Origin: Planctomycetota bacterium | GTDB lineage: Bacteria > Planctomycetota > UBA11346 | Assembly: GCA_013816485.1 (NCBI GenBank) | Contig: JACDEI010000002.1 | Location: forward strand, 34,322-98,321 | Length of the DNA: 64,000 bases | Direction: 5' to 3' | In this document: one piece after another, positions 1 through 9,338 of the stretch | Numbering within the stretch: position 1 is the first letter of the stretch | Layout of the letters: every line of letters begins with the position of its first letter | Made by a program: the position numbers and the translations under genes | The notes under the pieces: generated by a model | What the model was told of the DNA's origin: nothing | The model's input: only the letters and a program-made list of their open reading frames with translations | Database searches by the model: none

Positions 1-5
1 ATTCC

Positions 6-1319
6 ATGCGCTACTCCATCCTGCTTCTAATCATTGCTGTCACCGCCGCGTTGGCCGAACAGTCGCCGTACGAGGTTTTCCCGCCGGCGGAGCCGCCGTA
101 CCACCGCGTCCGCTACGTGGCTTCGACCATCCCTGGCGAACTGATCTTTGCGGTGAATTTCACCGCGTGGATTCCGCCCGGCGTCACGACGCTGCGAGGG
201 GTCATCGTTCATCAGCACGGCTGTGGTGAAGGTTCGTGCAAATCAGGGCTCACCGGCGCGTTCGATCTGCACTGGCAGGCGCTGGCGAAAAAACACGACT
301 GCGTGTTGCTGTCACCGGCCTACGAACAACCAGACAAAGCCAATTGCCAGATGTGGTGCGATCCGCGTAACGGCTCGGATGCTGCGTTTCGCCGTGCCTT
401 GGCCGACTTGGCCGCGCAGAGCAAACATTCCGAACTCACCAGTGTCCCGTGGGCACTGTGGGGCCATAGCGGTGGCGGTCATTGGGCCGGCGGCATGCTC
501 TTCCTCCATCCGGAACGCGTGGTTGCTGCGTGGTTGCGTTCGGGTGTGCCCGCGCTCCAGGCGGCGGACAACAAACCGAAACCCTATTCCATCCCGGATG
601 CGGCGTTGGCCGTGCCGATCATGTGCAATCTCGGCACCAAGGAGGGTGTCACGGTCAAGGATGGTCGCTTCGCCGGTGTGTGGCTGGGAGTCGAATCGTA
701 TTTCACCACCATGCGGGCAAAAGGCGCGCTGGTCAGCGTGTCGGTTGATCCGTTGACGAGCCATGAGTGCGGTAATCAACGATACTTGGCAATCCCCTGG
801 CTCGACGTGTGTCTGTCTGCGCGTCTTCCGGAAAAAATTGGCGAGCCATTGCGACCGATGCCTACTGACGATGTCTGGCTGGCTCCGCTCAATGGAACCG
901 TAGCCGTTTCGGCAGCGACCTTCACCGGCGATCGCGCCACCTCGGTGTGGTTGCCGAATCAGGCGCTGGCGAAAGCCTGGATGCAGTACGTCAACGACAC
1001 CGCCATCGTCGACCTCACGCCACCACCCGCGCCGACGAACTTGCGCGTCGCCGGCAACGAACTGACCTGGGAGGCGGAGGCCGATCTCGAAAGTGGCTTG
1101 GCCGGATTCATCATCGAACGCGATGGTCAGCCGCTGGCCAAGGTCCCTGAGCAGGGAAAAAATCCCTTCGGCCGTCCGCTGTTTCAGAATCTGCAATACA
1201 GCGACACCCCGAGCCAACCGCTGGTGCGGATGCAGTTCACCGACGACATGGCAGAAGCGGGCAAGGTGCACCAGTACCGCATCATCGCAGTCAACACCGT
1301 TGGGCTGACGTCCAAGTAG
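6..1319 (+). CDS. Secreted alpha/beta-hydrolase (esterase, PHB-depolymerase-like) with a C-terminal fibronectin-III-like domain
   Basis: N-terminal signal peptide [17 protein letters not shown]. Nucleophile-elbow motif GHSGG (G-x-S-x-G). The C-terminus ([37 protein letters not shown]) looks FN3-like. Confidence 0.55.
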   Translation: MRYSILLLIIAVTAALAEQSPYEVFPPAEPPYHRVRYVASTIPGELIFAVNFTAWIPPGVTTLRGVIVHQHGCGEGSCKSGLTGAFDLHWQALAKKHDCVLLSPAYEQPDKANCQMWCDPRNGSDAAFRRALADLAAQSKHSELTSVPWALWGHSGGGHWAGGMLFLHPERVVAAWLRSGVPALQAADNKPKPYSIPDAALAVPIMCNLGTKEGVTVKDGRFAGVWLGVESYFTTMRAKGALVSVSVDPLTSHECGNQRYLAIPWLDVCLSARLPEKIGEPLRPMPTDDVWLAPLNGTVAVSAATFTGDRATSVWLPNQALAKAWMQYVNDTAIVDLTPPPAPTNLRVAGNELTWEAEADLESGLAGFIIERDGQPLAKVPEQGKNPFGRPLFQNLQYSDTPSQPLVRMQFTDDMAEAGKVHQYRIIAVNTVGLTSK

Positions 1320-1392
1320 GCCGTCATGGCATCAGCGCGACGGGGATCAGTGCCTCGGCATCAGCGCCTCGGCATCAGCGCCAAAGTCGCGT

Positions 1393-1429
1393 AACCAACA
1401 CAAAACCCCGTGAACCGACGTTCACGGGG
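1393..1429 (-). terminator. Rho-independent terminator downstream of tRNA-Thr
   Basis: Hairpin ccccgtgaa/ttcacgggg (1406-1429). On the minus strand it is followed by a U-tract (ttttgtgttgg). Confidence 0.6.
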
Positions 1430-1437
1430 CTGTGAGA

Positions 1438-1512
1438 TGGTGCCCAAGACAGGACTCGAACCTGCGACCTCCGCTTTACGAAAGCATTGCTCTACCACTG
1501 AGCTACTCGGGC
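1438..1512 (-). tRNA. tRNA-Thr (anticodon CGU)
   Basis: Hand-folded cloverleaf of 75 nt. 7-bp acceptor stem GCCCGAG/CUUGGGC. D-arm GCUC-AGUGGUA-GAGC. Anticodon loop UU-CGU-AA. T-arm GCAGG-UUCGAGU-CCUGU. Encoded CCA end. Confidence 0.85.
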
Positions 1513-1558
1513 GCGGAGGGCGGGAAGGTATGAACGACCCTGGGACCCGCAAGCCTCG

Positions 1559-1813
1559 TCAGCTCGCCTCGGCGGCGTGTGCGACGAGCTTCGGTCCTGG
1601 GCTGACCAGGGCCTGCATCCGTCGGCTGCCGCAGGTCGCCCGCTTGGGCGTGACCGTCAGGTAGTTGTTGGCGATCAGTTCGGCCATCGCCAGGGTCGCG
1701 CTGCGTTCGTCCAGGTGCAGGGTCTGGCGCAGGTGCTCGCGGATTTCTTCCTGTCCGACATCGAGGTCGAACTGATAGAAATCATTGATGGCCTTGATGA
1801 GGCTGACATCCAT
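1559..1813 (-). CDS. Small hypothetical protein (84 aa)
   Basis: ORF with plausible codon usage upstream of tRNA-Thr. No recognisable motif. Confidence 0.3.
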   Translation of the reverse strand: MDVSLIKAINDFYQFDLDVGQEEIREHLRQTLHLDERSATLAMAELIANNYLTVTPKRATCGSRRMQALVSPGPKLVAHAAEAS

Positions 1814-1992
1814 GTCGTGCTCCGGTCAGAGGGTTGGATGTCGACTCTAGCCAACGCGGGAGCGTAAGTGAAGTCCCAGAATGGTGCCCTGAGATGGCTC
1901 GGGGCCACAAACGATGGGGGCCGGGCAGCCGCTACCACAAGATGCGGTTGCCAACGAGCGATGAAACCGTGCAACGATCGTTCACTCGTCGA

Positions 1993-2454
1993 TCAGAGGG
2001 CGATCTTGAACACCAGTTTGCGGTACGAGACCGACGCCTCGCCGGGATTGCAACACGGCTTGTGTGCGTCTTCGGGCCAGAAGATCGCGAACTCCTGAGG
2101 GCGCACGACCAGCCGCGTCGGGATCGACACCGGCTGCTCAAAGAAACAGATGTCGTTGTCGGGTTTGAAATCCTCGAACAACGTGAGCGCGGCGCGCGGC
2201 ATCCACTCCATGATCTCGGGGCCTTTGAGATTGATCTGGATGTCGATGTAGCGGCGGTGCGATTCGAAACGCTTAAGCTGCGAGGCGATGGTCGGACCTG
2301 TTTCGACGATGACGAACAGCGCATCGCCCTGGAGCGCGTAACGACCATCCGGCTTGGCGAGGTTCCCAGGTTCCTGACACCAAGCGAAGGCGGCAGGGAA
2401 ACGCGGATGCAGACCGGTGTAGCGTTTGGCGTTGGCCAAGGAGTCGTGGATCAT
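1993..2454 (-). CDS. YhcH/YjgK/YiaL (DUF386, TabA/NanQ-like cupin) family protein
   Basis: Size and sequence are characteristic of the ~150-aa DUF386 beta-sandwich family. Its start (ATG ending at 2454) overlaps the ACP stop (2451), which suggests translational coupling. Confidence 0.7.
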   Translation of the reverse strand: MIHDSLANAKRYTGLHPRFPAAFAWCQEPGNLAKPDGRYALQGDALFVIVETGPTIASQLKRFESHRRYIDIQINLKGPEIMEWMPRAALTLFEDFKPDNDICFFEQPVSIPTRLVVRPQEFAIFWPEDAHKPCCNPGEASVSYRKLVFKIAL

Positions 2455-2723
2455 GAGGCGTTGGCGGCGGTGGGCGGCTGCGCGCGGATGAAGCTATCGA
2501 GCGCGGCGACGCTGGCGAACGCCTGCTTGCCGACCTCCATGTTGGGAATGCGCACGCCGTATTGGCGTTCGACGATCACCGCGAGTTCGAGCGCATCGAT
2601 GCTGTCGAGGCCAAGGCCTTCGCCGAACAGCGGAGCCTGCGGGTCGATGTCGGCTGGCGTGATGTCCTCAAGATTCAGACCGCTGATGAGGTGCTGGGCT
2701 AGACGCTGCTGGCTCTCGTTCAT
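2451..2723 (-). CDS. Acyl carrier protein
   Basis: 90 aa with the phosphopantetheine-attachment motif GLGLDSIDALEL. It is the C-terminal part of the long spurious ORF 2451..3521. The start ATG is at 2721-2723. Confidence 0.8.
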   Translation of the reverse strand: MNESQQRLAQHLISGLNLEDITPADIDPQAPLFGEGLGLDSIDALELAVIVERQYGVRIPNMEVGKQAFASVAALDSFIRAQPPTAANAS

Positions 2724-2799
2724 CGCGGCCACGGTAGTGCAGGACGGTTGCGCGCAAGGGCGGCAGAGGTCGAGCCATGACCAACCAGGGGCACTACGC

Positions 2800-4368
2800 T
2801 CAACCGGTCCACCATTCGGCATGTGCGGTATGCGGCGGACGGTCGGCCTCGATCCAGGCGACGAGTACGCCGGGGATCCCATCACGCAACAGGTCGTAGA
2901 CGAGTTCCCGCACCGCCTGGGGATCGGCACCATGCACACTGAACCCAGGGCCGCGCACACCCAGGCGGATACTGGCTTCACCGATGGGCGTGGTGGGCAG
3001 GGTGTAGGGGAACCGCTGGGGATCGACCGCGCCGACGCCCACCGCCTGATCGTGTAGGCGATCGGAGGCGGCCGAACCACTGGCGGTCGCCAACACGATC
3101 GCGCTGGCGCTCGGCAGGGGGCCAAGCAGATGTCCCAGTGCGACCAGCGCCCGGCAGGACAGGTCCATGCGTCCCCAGGTGGCATCGACGTGACCGAGCA
3201 CGCAGCGGGCGGATAGCCGTGGCAGCGTGTCGCCCTCACCTGGCTCGTTCCACGTACCGTTCTCCGCGCTGCCGTCGGCACGTTCACGCCGCCAGCCGCG
3301 GCCATCGAGCCGAACCCAGCTTGCCCGTCGTGGTGTCGTCGTCGACGACGATGGCTTTGCGGGAAGGTCACCCAACACCACGGCACCGTTGAGGCCGCCG
3401 AAGCCGGCGTTGGCGAGCAGCAGCGGACCAGCCGCGAGCGTATGCACACCCGGAGGCAGCACGGTGATCGCGCCGGCACATCCCGCTTGTTGCAGATTGG
3501 CGCAGCCGGGTGTGCGACCACGCCGCCGGATCACGCTCGCGAGCGCGAATTCGGCGATGCCGCAGGCGCCGAGGCTGTGCCCGAGCAGTCCCTTGAACGC
3601 GGTCACCGGCGTCGCGGGACAGACGCTGCGGTAGGCAAGGCTTTCGCTGTCGTCATTGTAGCGGGTGCCGGTGCCATGGGCGATCACCAGGGCGGGTTGT
3701 GCTGCGGCGGCGCGTGCCAGCGCAGCGTGCAACGTGCGTGCGAGTCCGCTGCCATCGCGGGTCGGCCCGGTGAGGTGATTAGCGTCCATGCCGCCCGCCC
3801 AACCCTGAAGGAAGAGGCCGTCACGGATTTCAGCGGTTTCGAGCACCACCGCGGCGACGAGTTCGCCCAGGCGCAGTCCGGCCCGGTGGGCATCGAAGGG
3901 ACGACACCGTGCGGGGTCGATGGCGCGCAAGGCGGCGAAGCCCTCGCTGATGAAATCGTCGATGCGATCGGCCCCGATCACCAGCACCCGGCGCCAGCGT
4001 CTAGCGAGGATGCCTCGCGCCGCCACGCCAAGCGCCAATGGTCCACTCGCGCATGCAGCGCTGACGGCGAAGCCTGGACAGGCGAAGGCCGCGGCGATGT
4101 GGGAGGCCAACCATGCGGGACCGCCAGCGCCCGTTCCGGTGGAGGCCCGCAGGTCAGCGCGCCAGCGCGGCAGATCGCCCTTGGTGGTGGCGAGGATCAC
4201 CTGGTCAGGTGAGTCCCCGCTCAGTGCTGCGCGCGCGACATGCAGTGCCGCGGTCAGCGGATCGCCCAGCAGTGGAGCGGGATCGCCGTTGCCGCCATCG
4301 AGTGCCGTTACGGTGCTTTCCAGGTCTCCATGCCCACTCAGTAGTGCTGTTCCAGCGATGCGCGGCAT
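2800..4368 (-). CDS. Beta-ketoacyl-ACP synthase family protein, atypical: short KS core plus a C-terminal extension of ~190 aa resembling a Cys-less KS N-terminal half
   Basis: KS catalytic motifs ACASG (Cys), HGTGT (His) and GHSLGACG (His). The C-terminal KS-end motif FGGLNGAVVLG lies near residue 325. The remainder contains GVRGPGFSV-HGAD, which resembles the KS segment that precedes the active-site Cys but lacks the Cys. Confidence 0.65.
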   Translation of the reverse strand: MPRIAGTALLSGHGDLESTVTALDGGNGDPAPLLGDPLTAALHVARAALSGDSPDQVILATTKGDLPRWRADLRASTGTGAGGPAWLASHIAAAFACPGFAVSAACASGPLALGVAARGILARRWRRVLVIGADRIDDFISEGFAALRAIDPARCRPFDAHRAGLRLGELVAAVVLETAEIRDGLFLQGWAGGMDANHLTGPTRDGSGLARTLHAALARAAAAQPALVIAHGTGTRYNDDSESLAYRSVCPATPVTAFKGLLGHSLGACGIAEFALASVIRRRGRTPGCANLQQAGCAGAITVLPPGVHTLAAGPLLLANAGFGGLNGAVVLGDLPAKPSSSTTTPRRASWVRLDGRGWRRERADGSAENGTWNEPGEGDTLPRLSARCVLGHVDATWGRMDLSCRALVALGHLLGPLPSASAIVLATASGSAASDRLHDQAVGVGAVDPQRFPYTLPTTPIGEASIRLGVRGPGFSVHGADPQAVRELVYDLLRDGIPGVLVAWIEADRPPHTAHAEWWTG

Positions 4369-4480
4369 CGCCGCAGGGTCGTGTCACCAGCGCTGGTCGC
4401 AAGCCGTCCTTGCCCGCTGTCGCTGTCTAGCACGGTGCGCCATCGCCTTTTGCCACGAGAATGGTAGCACCCAGGACCAC

Positions 4481-6064
4481 ATGAGCGTGCCCGAGCCCTC
4501 CACCAGCGATATCGCGGCCCCAGTCGCACCGGGCACCGCGCCGGTGATCGCCTGGCGCGCTGGACCGGCGCTTCCCGTCACCCGCGCGACCACCGTTCCG
4601 TCCTTGATGGCGGAATGCCTGCATCGTTTCCCCACCGCGACGGTCATCAACGACGGTGGGCGTTCAGCGACCTGGCGTGAACTCGACGAATGGTCCGCAC
4701 GTCTGGCATCGGCCTGGGCCAAGGATCTGCCGCGTGGCGGCCGGTGTGCGATCCTGGTGGGCAATGGACTGCCGCACTTGCTCGCCGAACTCGCCTGCTG
4801 GCGTCTGGGAGCGATCGCCGCACCGATCTTCCACGGCTTCGGTCCTCAGCGGATCGCCGCCTTGCTCGCACGCCTGGAACCGCAGGTGACGCTGGTCGAT
4901 GATCCGGCCCTGGCGCACAGCGCTGCGGGTGGAGTGCGGCAGGAAACCTCGAGCGAACTCTGGCATCATGCGACAACGCATGCGGTGGATCACCGCGAGC
5001 GTGCGGTCACGGGCAGCGATGCCTGCCTGATCCAGTTCACCAGCGGCAGCACCGGCATGCCCCGTGGCGTGGTGTTGACGCATGACAACCTCGCCAGCCA
5101 GCAAGCGGCCTTCGCGCTGCAATGGCCAGAGGTCGGGCCGGGCGATCGGCTCGCGGCCTACCTGCCATGGCATCACAGCTTCGGCGGTCTGGCGGAGCGC
5201 CTGTGGTCGTTGTGCCGTGGTGCTGAGCTGACGGTGGTGCCGGGAGGTGGCCGCGATCGCCAGCACCTGCTCGCCACCGTTCGTGCGGTCAAGCCAACCG
5301 TTTTTCTCAGCGTGCCCAAGATCCATGCCGTGATGGTGGAGGAACGCCTGTTCCATCGCGATACGGTGCGCTGGGTGTTCACCGCGGGCGCGCCGTTGTC
5401 GGACGACCTGCGGACGTGGTACGCGGCCGCCGGGATTCCTGTGTGCGAAGGTTGGGGGCTGACCGAGACCAGTCCAAGCTGCACGCTTACGCGCCCTGGA
5501 CGTGCGACTTCCGGCGTGGTCGGTCATCCGATCGCCGGCGTCAGCGTCGGCGTGCGGCGCAGCGATGGACACATCCTGGTGCGTGGCCCCAACGTCATGG
5601 CTGGATATTTCCGTCAGCCGACCACGACCTTGTGCGACGGCGTGCTCGACACCGGTGATCTGGGAACGTGGAGCGAAGACGGTCTGTGCCTACGTGGGCG
5701 CTCGGACCATCAGCTCAAACTCGCCAACGGCGAGAAGCTCGGCGCGGCAGAGATCGAAGCCGCTCTGCTCGCCCATCCGGCAATCCTGCATGCGGTAGTC
5801 GGAGCCGAACCGGAATTGCTGGTGATCGTGGAGGTGCGTGACGGCACCTGTCGCGATGAGGTGCTGGCGGTTGTTGATGCCGTGAACGCGTCGCAGGCGG
5901 TACCTTATCAACGCATCCGCGGCATCTACGCCATCGCGCAGCGCATGTGCGTCGAGGACGGACACCTGACTGCGTCGCTCAAAGTCTCGCGTGGACAGGT
6001 GCTGGAGAGCTTCCGCCGCTGGCGCACTGAGGGTGGATCGCAGTTCGTTTGCTACCGCGGTTGA
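4481..6064 (+). CDS. AMP-dependent synthetase/ligase (fatty-acyl-AMP/CoA ligase family)
   Basis: AMP-binding motif FTSGSTGMPRGV, plus GWGLTET and the usual downstream Gly-rich signature. True start is MSVPEP at 4481. The ORF-track N-terminal extension back to 3920 overlaps the KS gene on the opposite strand and is spurious. Confidence 0.8.
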   Translation: MSVPEPSTSDIAAPVAPGTAPVIAWRAGPALPVTRATTVPSLMAECLHRFPTATVINDGGRSATWRELDEWSARLASAWAKDLPRGGRCAILVGNGLPHLLAELACWRLGAIAAPIFHGFGPQRIAALLARLEPQVTLVDDPALAHSAAGGVRQETSSELWHHATTHAVDHRERAVTGSDACLIQFTSGSTGMPRGVVLTHDNLASQQAAFALQWPEVGPGDRLAAYLPWHHSFGGLAERLWSLCRGAELTVVPGGGRDRQHLLATVRAVKPTVFLSVPKIHAVMVEERLFHRDTVRWVFTAGAPLSDDLRTWYAAAGIPVCEGWGLTETSPSCTLTRPGRATSGVVGHPIAGVSVGVRRSDGHILVRGPNVMAGYFRQPTTTLCDGVLDTGDLGTWSEDGLCLRGRSDHQLKLANGEKLGAAEIEAALLAHPAILHAVVGAEPELLVIVEVRDGTCRDEVLAVVDAVNASQAVPYQRIRGIYAIAQRMCVEDGHLTASLKVSRGQVLESFRRWRTEGGSQFVCYRG

Positions 6065-6119
6065 GCGATTTCGACGACCCGGAATGCCGACCAATGAAAC
6101 CTGCTCACCGTAACGGGAC

Positions 6120-6193
6120 TGGAGCGGGTGAAGGGAATCGAACCCTCGTATGTTGGATGGGAACCAACCGCTCTACCATTGAGCTACACCCGC
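6120..6193 (-). tRNA. tRNA-Gly (anticodon CCC)
   Basis: Hand-folded 74-nt cloverleaf. Acceptor GCGGGUG/CACCCGC. Anticodon stem GUUGG/CCAAC with loop UU-CCC-AU. T-loop UUCGAUU. Discriminator U then CCA. Confidence 0.85.
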
Positions 6194-6325
6194 ATGAGAT
6201 CGCGTTCTGGAAGCGAAAGCGTTCATCGATGATCCGCTGGCGGATCTGAACCGACAGTCGAAGCCTGTGGCTTGTTTTCAATCACCAGCCACCGCGTTGC
6301 GGTGGCTGGTGTCAGATGAGGGAAA

Positions 6326-6403
6326 TGGTCGGGGCGACAGGATTTGAACCTGCGACCTCTGCGTCCCGAACGCAACGCTCTAGCCAAGCTGAGCTACGCC
6401 CCG
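6326..6403 (-). tRNA. tRNA-Pro (anticodon CGG)
   Basis: Hand-folded 78-nt cloverleaf. Acceptor CGGGGCG/CGCCCCG; the C1:G72 pair is typical of bacterial tRNA-Pro. Anticodon loop UU-CGG-GA. T-loop UUCAAAU. Discriminator A then CCA. Confidence 0.85.
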
Positions 6404-6480
6404 ATAGGATCATGTATACGGTTGGAGCTGACGGACTTAGAGCCGACCCAAGCATTCCTTCCGCGGCCATGCGCGAGGGG

Positions 6481-6801
6481 TCACTTGGTATCAGTGGCCC
6501 TGAGCTTGTCAATTGCAGGCAACGGCGGCGGCGCGATCTCACCCGGAGTGGCGTACTTCAAGCGCTCGCGCGCGACCAACTCGACAACGTAGGGATCCTT
6601 GCGGCGCAGACCATCGAGCACGGCTTCCTGCTGTGCGATGTCGTGCTCCAGGCGCACGGTTTCCTGACGCTCCTGCTGCGCGGTCTGCTTGACCAGGGCG
6701 ACTTCGCTTTCGCGTTCGCGCAGATGCATCGAAAAGCTGATCACCACCACGGTGGCGAACACCGCATGCACCACGACCAGGGGACCACGCGCGAGGTTCA
6801 T
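6481..6801 (-). CDS. ftsB: Septum formation initiator FtsB/DivIC family protein
   Basis: N-terminal TM helix, coiled coil, and the conserved DPYVVELVARERLKYATPGEI motif. Confidence 0.7.
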   Translation of the reverse strand: MNLARGPLVVVHAVFATVVVISFSMHLRERESEVALVKQTAQQERQETVRLEHDIAQQEAVLDGLRRKDPYVVELVARERLKYATPGEIAPPPLPAIDKLRATDTK

Positions 6802-8312
6802 GAACGGGCCTCCACCGCGCTGAGTTTGTCGTCGAACGCCGCCGCTGCCGCTTGTGGCATGCGGGCGAGCACCGGAGCGAGGGCTTGATAGACCTCGGTG
6901 GCGGCTTTACGCGGCTGATAGGCGATCCGCTGACCGACCATCTTCGAGCACGCTTCTGGCACGTTCTTGTAAAGACCGACCGAAGAACTGGCGAGAATCG
7001 CCGCGCCCGTCGCGGCGCATTCGGCGCCTGGCACCGCGAAGATCTGCCGGTCGAGCGCGTCCGCGAGGATCTGGCACCACAGGGTGTTGCCGGCACCGGA
7101 ACCGACCACCAGCACCTGTTCGGGTTCGCGCTTCATGTCACTCAGGGCATCGAGGGCGGAGCGTAGCGACATCGCGCCGCTTTCGAGCACAGCACGCACC
7201 AGGTGGCCACGTCCGTGTTGCCGGCCCAATCCAACAAAGCCGGCCATCTTGGGCGACACGCGGGACTGGAGGTGGAGCAGTCCTTCGGATCCCGGTGGGA
7301 TTTCCGCAGCGAGTTCGGCGAGCGGCTCCAACGGATCACGCTGTGCGCGTTTCGCCTGCATGACTTCGCTGGCGAACACGTGCTGCTGCAACCAGTCGAG
7401 CGGCTCTGGCCCGGCGAGATCGGACTGCGCCAATGCCCAGGTGCCAGCAAGCGTGTGGCAGGTGGAGATGAGGCGGTTGCTCGGGTCGCGCACGGCATCG
7501 CCGGTTGGTGCGAAGATGCCGCCAACACCACCGAGTTCAGCCATCACGCCACCCGGAGCAAGCACGCCCGCCGCCACGGCTGCGGATGAAGCGTGACCGC
7601 CACCGGTGATCACGGGAGTTCCCGACTGCAAACCGGCTTCTCGCGCGGCGGTGCTGGTGACGCGACCGCTGATCAGTTGTCCGCTGCTGATGGTCGGCAA
7701 CCACGCGGGATTGATGTCGAGCAGGCTGAGCAGTTGCTTCGACCACGCGCGGGTCTTGGGATTGAACAGCAAGGTGGCAGCGGCGTCGGAAGCGTCGGTG
7801 ACCAGGGTTTCGCACAGGCGGAAGCGCAGGAAATCCTTGGGGCTGAGCACCACCCCGAGATCATGCCACACGCGTTTCTCATTCTCGCGCAACCACAGGA
7901 GCTTCACCGCGGTTGCGCCGCCATGCGCGACACCGCTTGCGAGATTCAGCAGATTACGCGCACCGACCGTGCGATTGAGCAGGTCGATCTGCGATTCAGC
8001 TCGTGGATCGGTCCCCAGGCTGCTGGTGCACAGGACCTTGCCATCCTTGGACAGCGCCACCATGCCGTCGCTGTCACCGGTGACGCCGATGCAGCGGATC
8101 TGATCGGCTTTCAATTCAGCGCGACGCAGGATCTCCTTGATGCCGGTGCGGGCCGCCCGCCACCAATCCTGGGGATCGAACAATTGATCGGTCCCGCCAC
8201 CATAGGCGCGGTGCAACGACGCGACTTGTTGGCCGTCACCAGAAAGTACGACTAAACCCAAGCCGGTGCGGGCGACGTCGATACCAAGAAAGTAGGCTGT
8301 AGGTGAGGGCAT
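6798..8312 (-). CDS. FGGY-family carbohydrate kinase (xylulokinase/glycerol-kinase-like)
   Basis: N-terminal FGGY signature YFLGIDVARTGLGLVVL and overall architecture of about 500 aa. The 4-nt overlap with ftsB points to an operon. Confidence 0.7.
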   Translation of the reverse strand: MPSPTAYFLGIDVARTGLGLVVLSGDGQQVASLHRAYGGGTDQLFDPQDWWRAARTGIKEILRRAELKADQIRCIGVTGDSDGMVALSKDGKVLCTSSLGTDPRAESQIDLLNRTVGARNLLNLASGVAHGGATAVKLLWLRENEKRVWHDLGVVLSPKDFLRFRLCETLVTDASDAAATLLFNPKTRAWSKQLLSLLDINPAWLPTISSGQLISGRVTSTAAREAGLQSGTPVITGGGHASSAAVAAGVLAPGGVMAELGGVGGIFAPTGDAVRDPSNRLISTCHTLAGTWALAQSDLAGPEPLDWLQQHVFASEVMQAKRAQRDPLEPLAELAAEIPPGSEGLLHLQSRVSPKMAGFVGLGRQHGRGHLVRAVLESGAMSLRSALDALSDMKREPEQVLVVGSGAGNTLWCQILADALDRQIFAVPGAECAATGAAILASSSVGLYKNVPEACSKMVGQRIAYQPRKAATEVYQALAPVLARMPQAAAAAFDDKLSAVEARS

Positions 8313-8438
8313 TTTGGATAATTAGCTGGTTACCCTAGGGGCGATTGTTACAACCGTCAAGCACAACGATGATGGATTTGGTTCCTGGTGTTTGGCCTAA
8401 AGCCAGCGCCGGCAATACCCTCGACCGGGAGATGTGCC

Positions 8439-9338
8439 ATGAGCAGCGTCCGACGTGCGTGGTTGATCCCAATGTTTTTCCTGGCGGCCTGTTCCTGGGA
8501 CTTGCTCCCCGGTGACGAGTTGTACCTGACCGATGGTCGAGTCATCGAAGGCGAGATCATCTCCGCCGCCGACGCCGACGTCATCGACATCAGGGTCGGC
8601 ACTGCAGGGCTGGTGGCGATCCAGCATTTTCCCAGGGCCAAGGTCCAGCGGGTGGTGCATCGGGTCTCTGCACGCCAGACCGCGATGAACGAAGTGCAGC
8701 AGCAGATCGATGCGCTGAGCGCAAAGCCTGATGCCACCGCTGCGGAGTGGTGGACCTTGACGCGCAAATTGCAGGAGCGCGGTGAATCGGCGACCGCCAG
8801 GGATCTCGCGACGCGGGTGGTGGTACTCGATCGCCATCACGCGGAAGCACGCAAGATCCTCGGCATGGTGCGCCACCACGGCGTATGGATGCGGGCAAAC
8901 GAGATCGCCACCGCGCGTGGCGAGGTGTTCTTCCGCGGTGCCTGGGTGACCTGGGCCGCACAGGAGGACGCCCTCGCCGATGAAGCCCGGAAGCGCGAAG
9001 AGCTGGCGGCGCACCGTAAGGAGCGCGAGGAAAACCGGCGCCAGGCGCGCATCGCCGCCGCTGAGAGCGCGGCTGCCATGCAGGAGACCTACGTCAGCAA
9101 CTACTACCGTTCACCCTACTACAACCCCTACGGCGGGTCGTTCTACGGTGGGTCGTATTACCAGAACGGGTTCTACGGGAGCAGCGGGCACTACGGCTAT
9201 CGTCCCGGTTACCGGCCGGGCTTTCCGGTGGTCGCCCAGCCTTGGTGTGCTCCAGGGGGATGGCACATCGGAGCCACTGGCAGGGGCAGCAACCACGCGT
9301 GGGCCTTCCGCTGGAACGGTTCTGGCGTCTTCCCCTGA
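8439..9338 (+). CDS. Secreted/lipoprotein-like hypothetical protein with charged coiled-coil middle and Tyr/Gly-rich C-terminal tail
   Basis: Signal peptide MSSVRRAWLIPMFFLAACSW. Charged helical region (EARKREELAAHRKEREENRRQ). Low-complexity tail YYRSPYYNPYGGSFYGGSYYQNGFYGSSGHYGYRPGYRPG. Confidence 0.5.
   Translation: MSSVRRAWLIPMFFLAACSWDLLPGDELYLTDGRVIEGEIISAADADVIDIRVGTAGLVAIQHFPRAKVQRVVHRVSARQTAMNEVQQQIDALSAKPDATAAEWWTLTRKLQERGESATARDLATRVVVLDRHHAEARKILGMVRHHGVWMRANEIATARGEVFFRGAWVTWAAQEDALADEARKREELAAHRKEREENRRQARIAAAESAAAMQETYVSNYYRSPYYNPYGGSFYGGSYYQNGFYGSSGHYGYRPGYRPGFPVVAQPWCAPGGWHIGATGRGSNHAWAFRWNGSGVFP

Noticed and set aside
312-1271. 319-aa antisense ORF inside the esterase gene (and similar ORFs at 1834-3057 plus, 20766-21884 minus, 35734-37200 minus, 55571-57664 minus, 57887-59458 plus)
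   Set aside because: All lie antisense to well-supported genes and have Arg/Ala/Gly-rich low-complexity translations. These are expected artefacts of 65-70% GC DNA.
2451-3521. 356-aa minus-strand ORF extending upstream of the ACP
   Set aside because: Only the last 90 aa form an ACP. The rest is Arg/Cys-rich junk, overlaps the KS gene in another frame, and is typical of high-GC alternative-frame ORFs.
3920-4480. N-terminal 187-aa extension of the acyl-AMP ligase ORF
   Set aside because: It overlaps the KS gene on the opposite strand, has biased composition and no ligase homology. The true start is MSVPEP at 4481.
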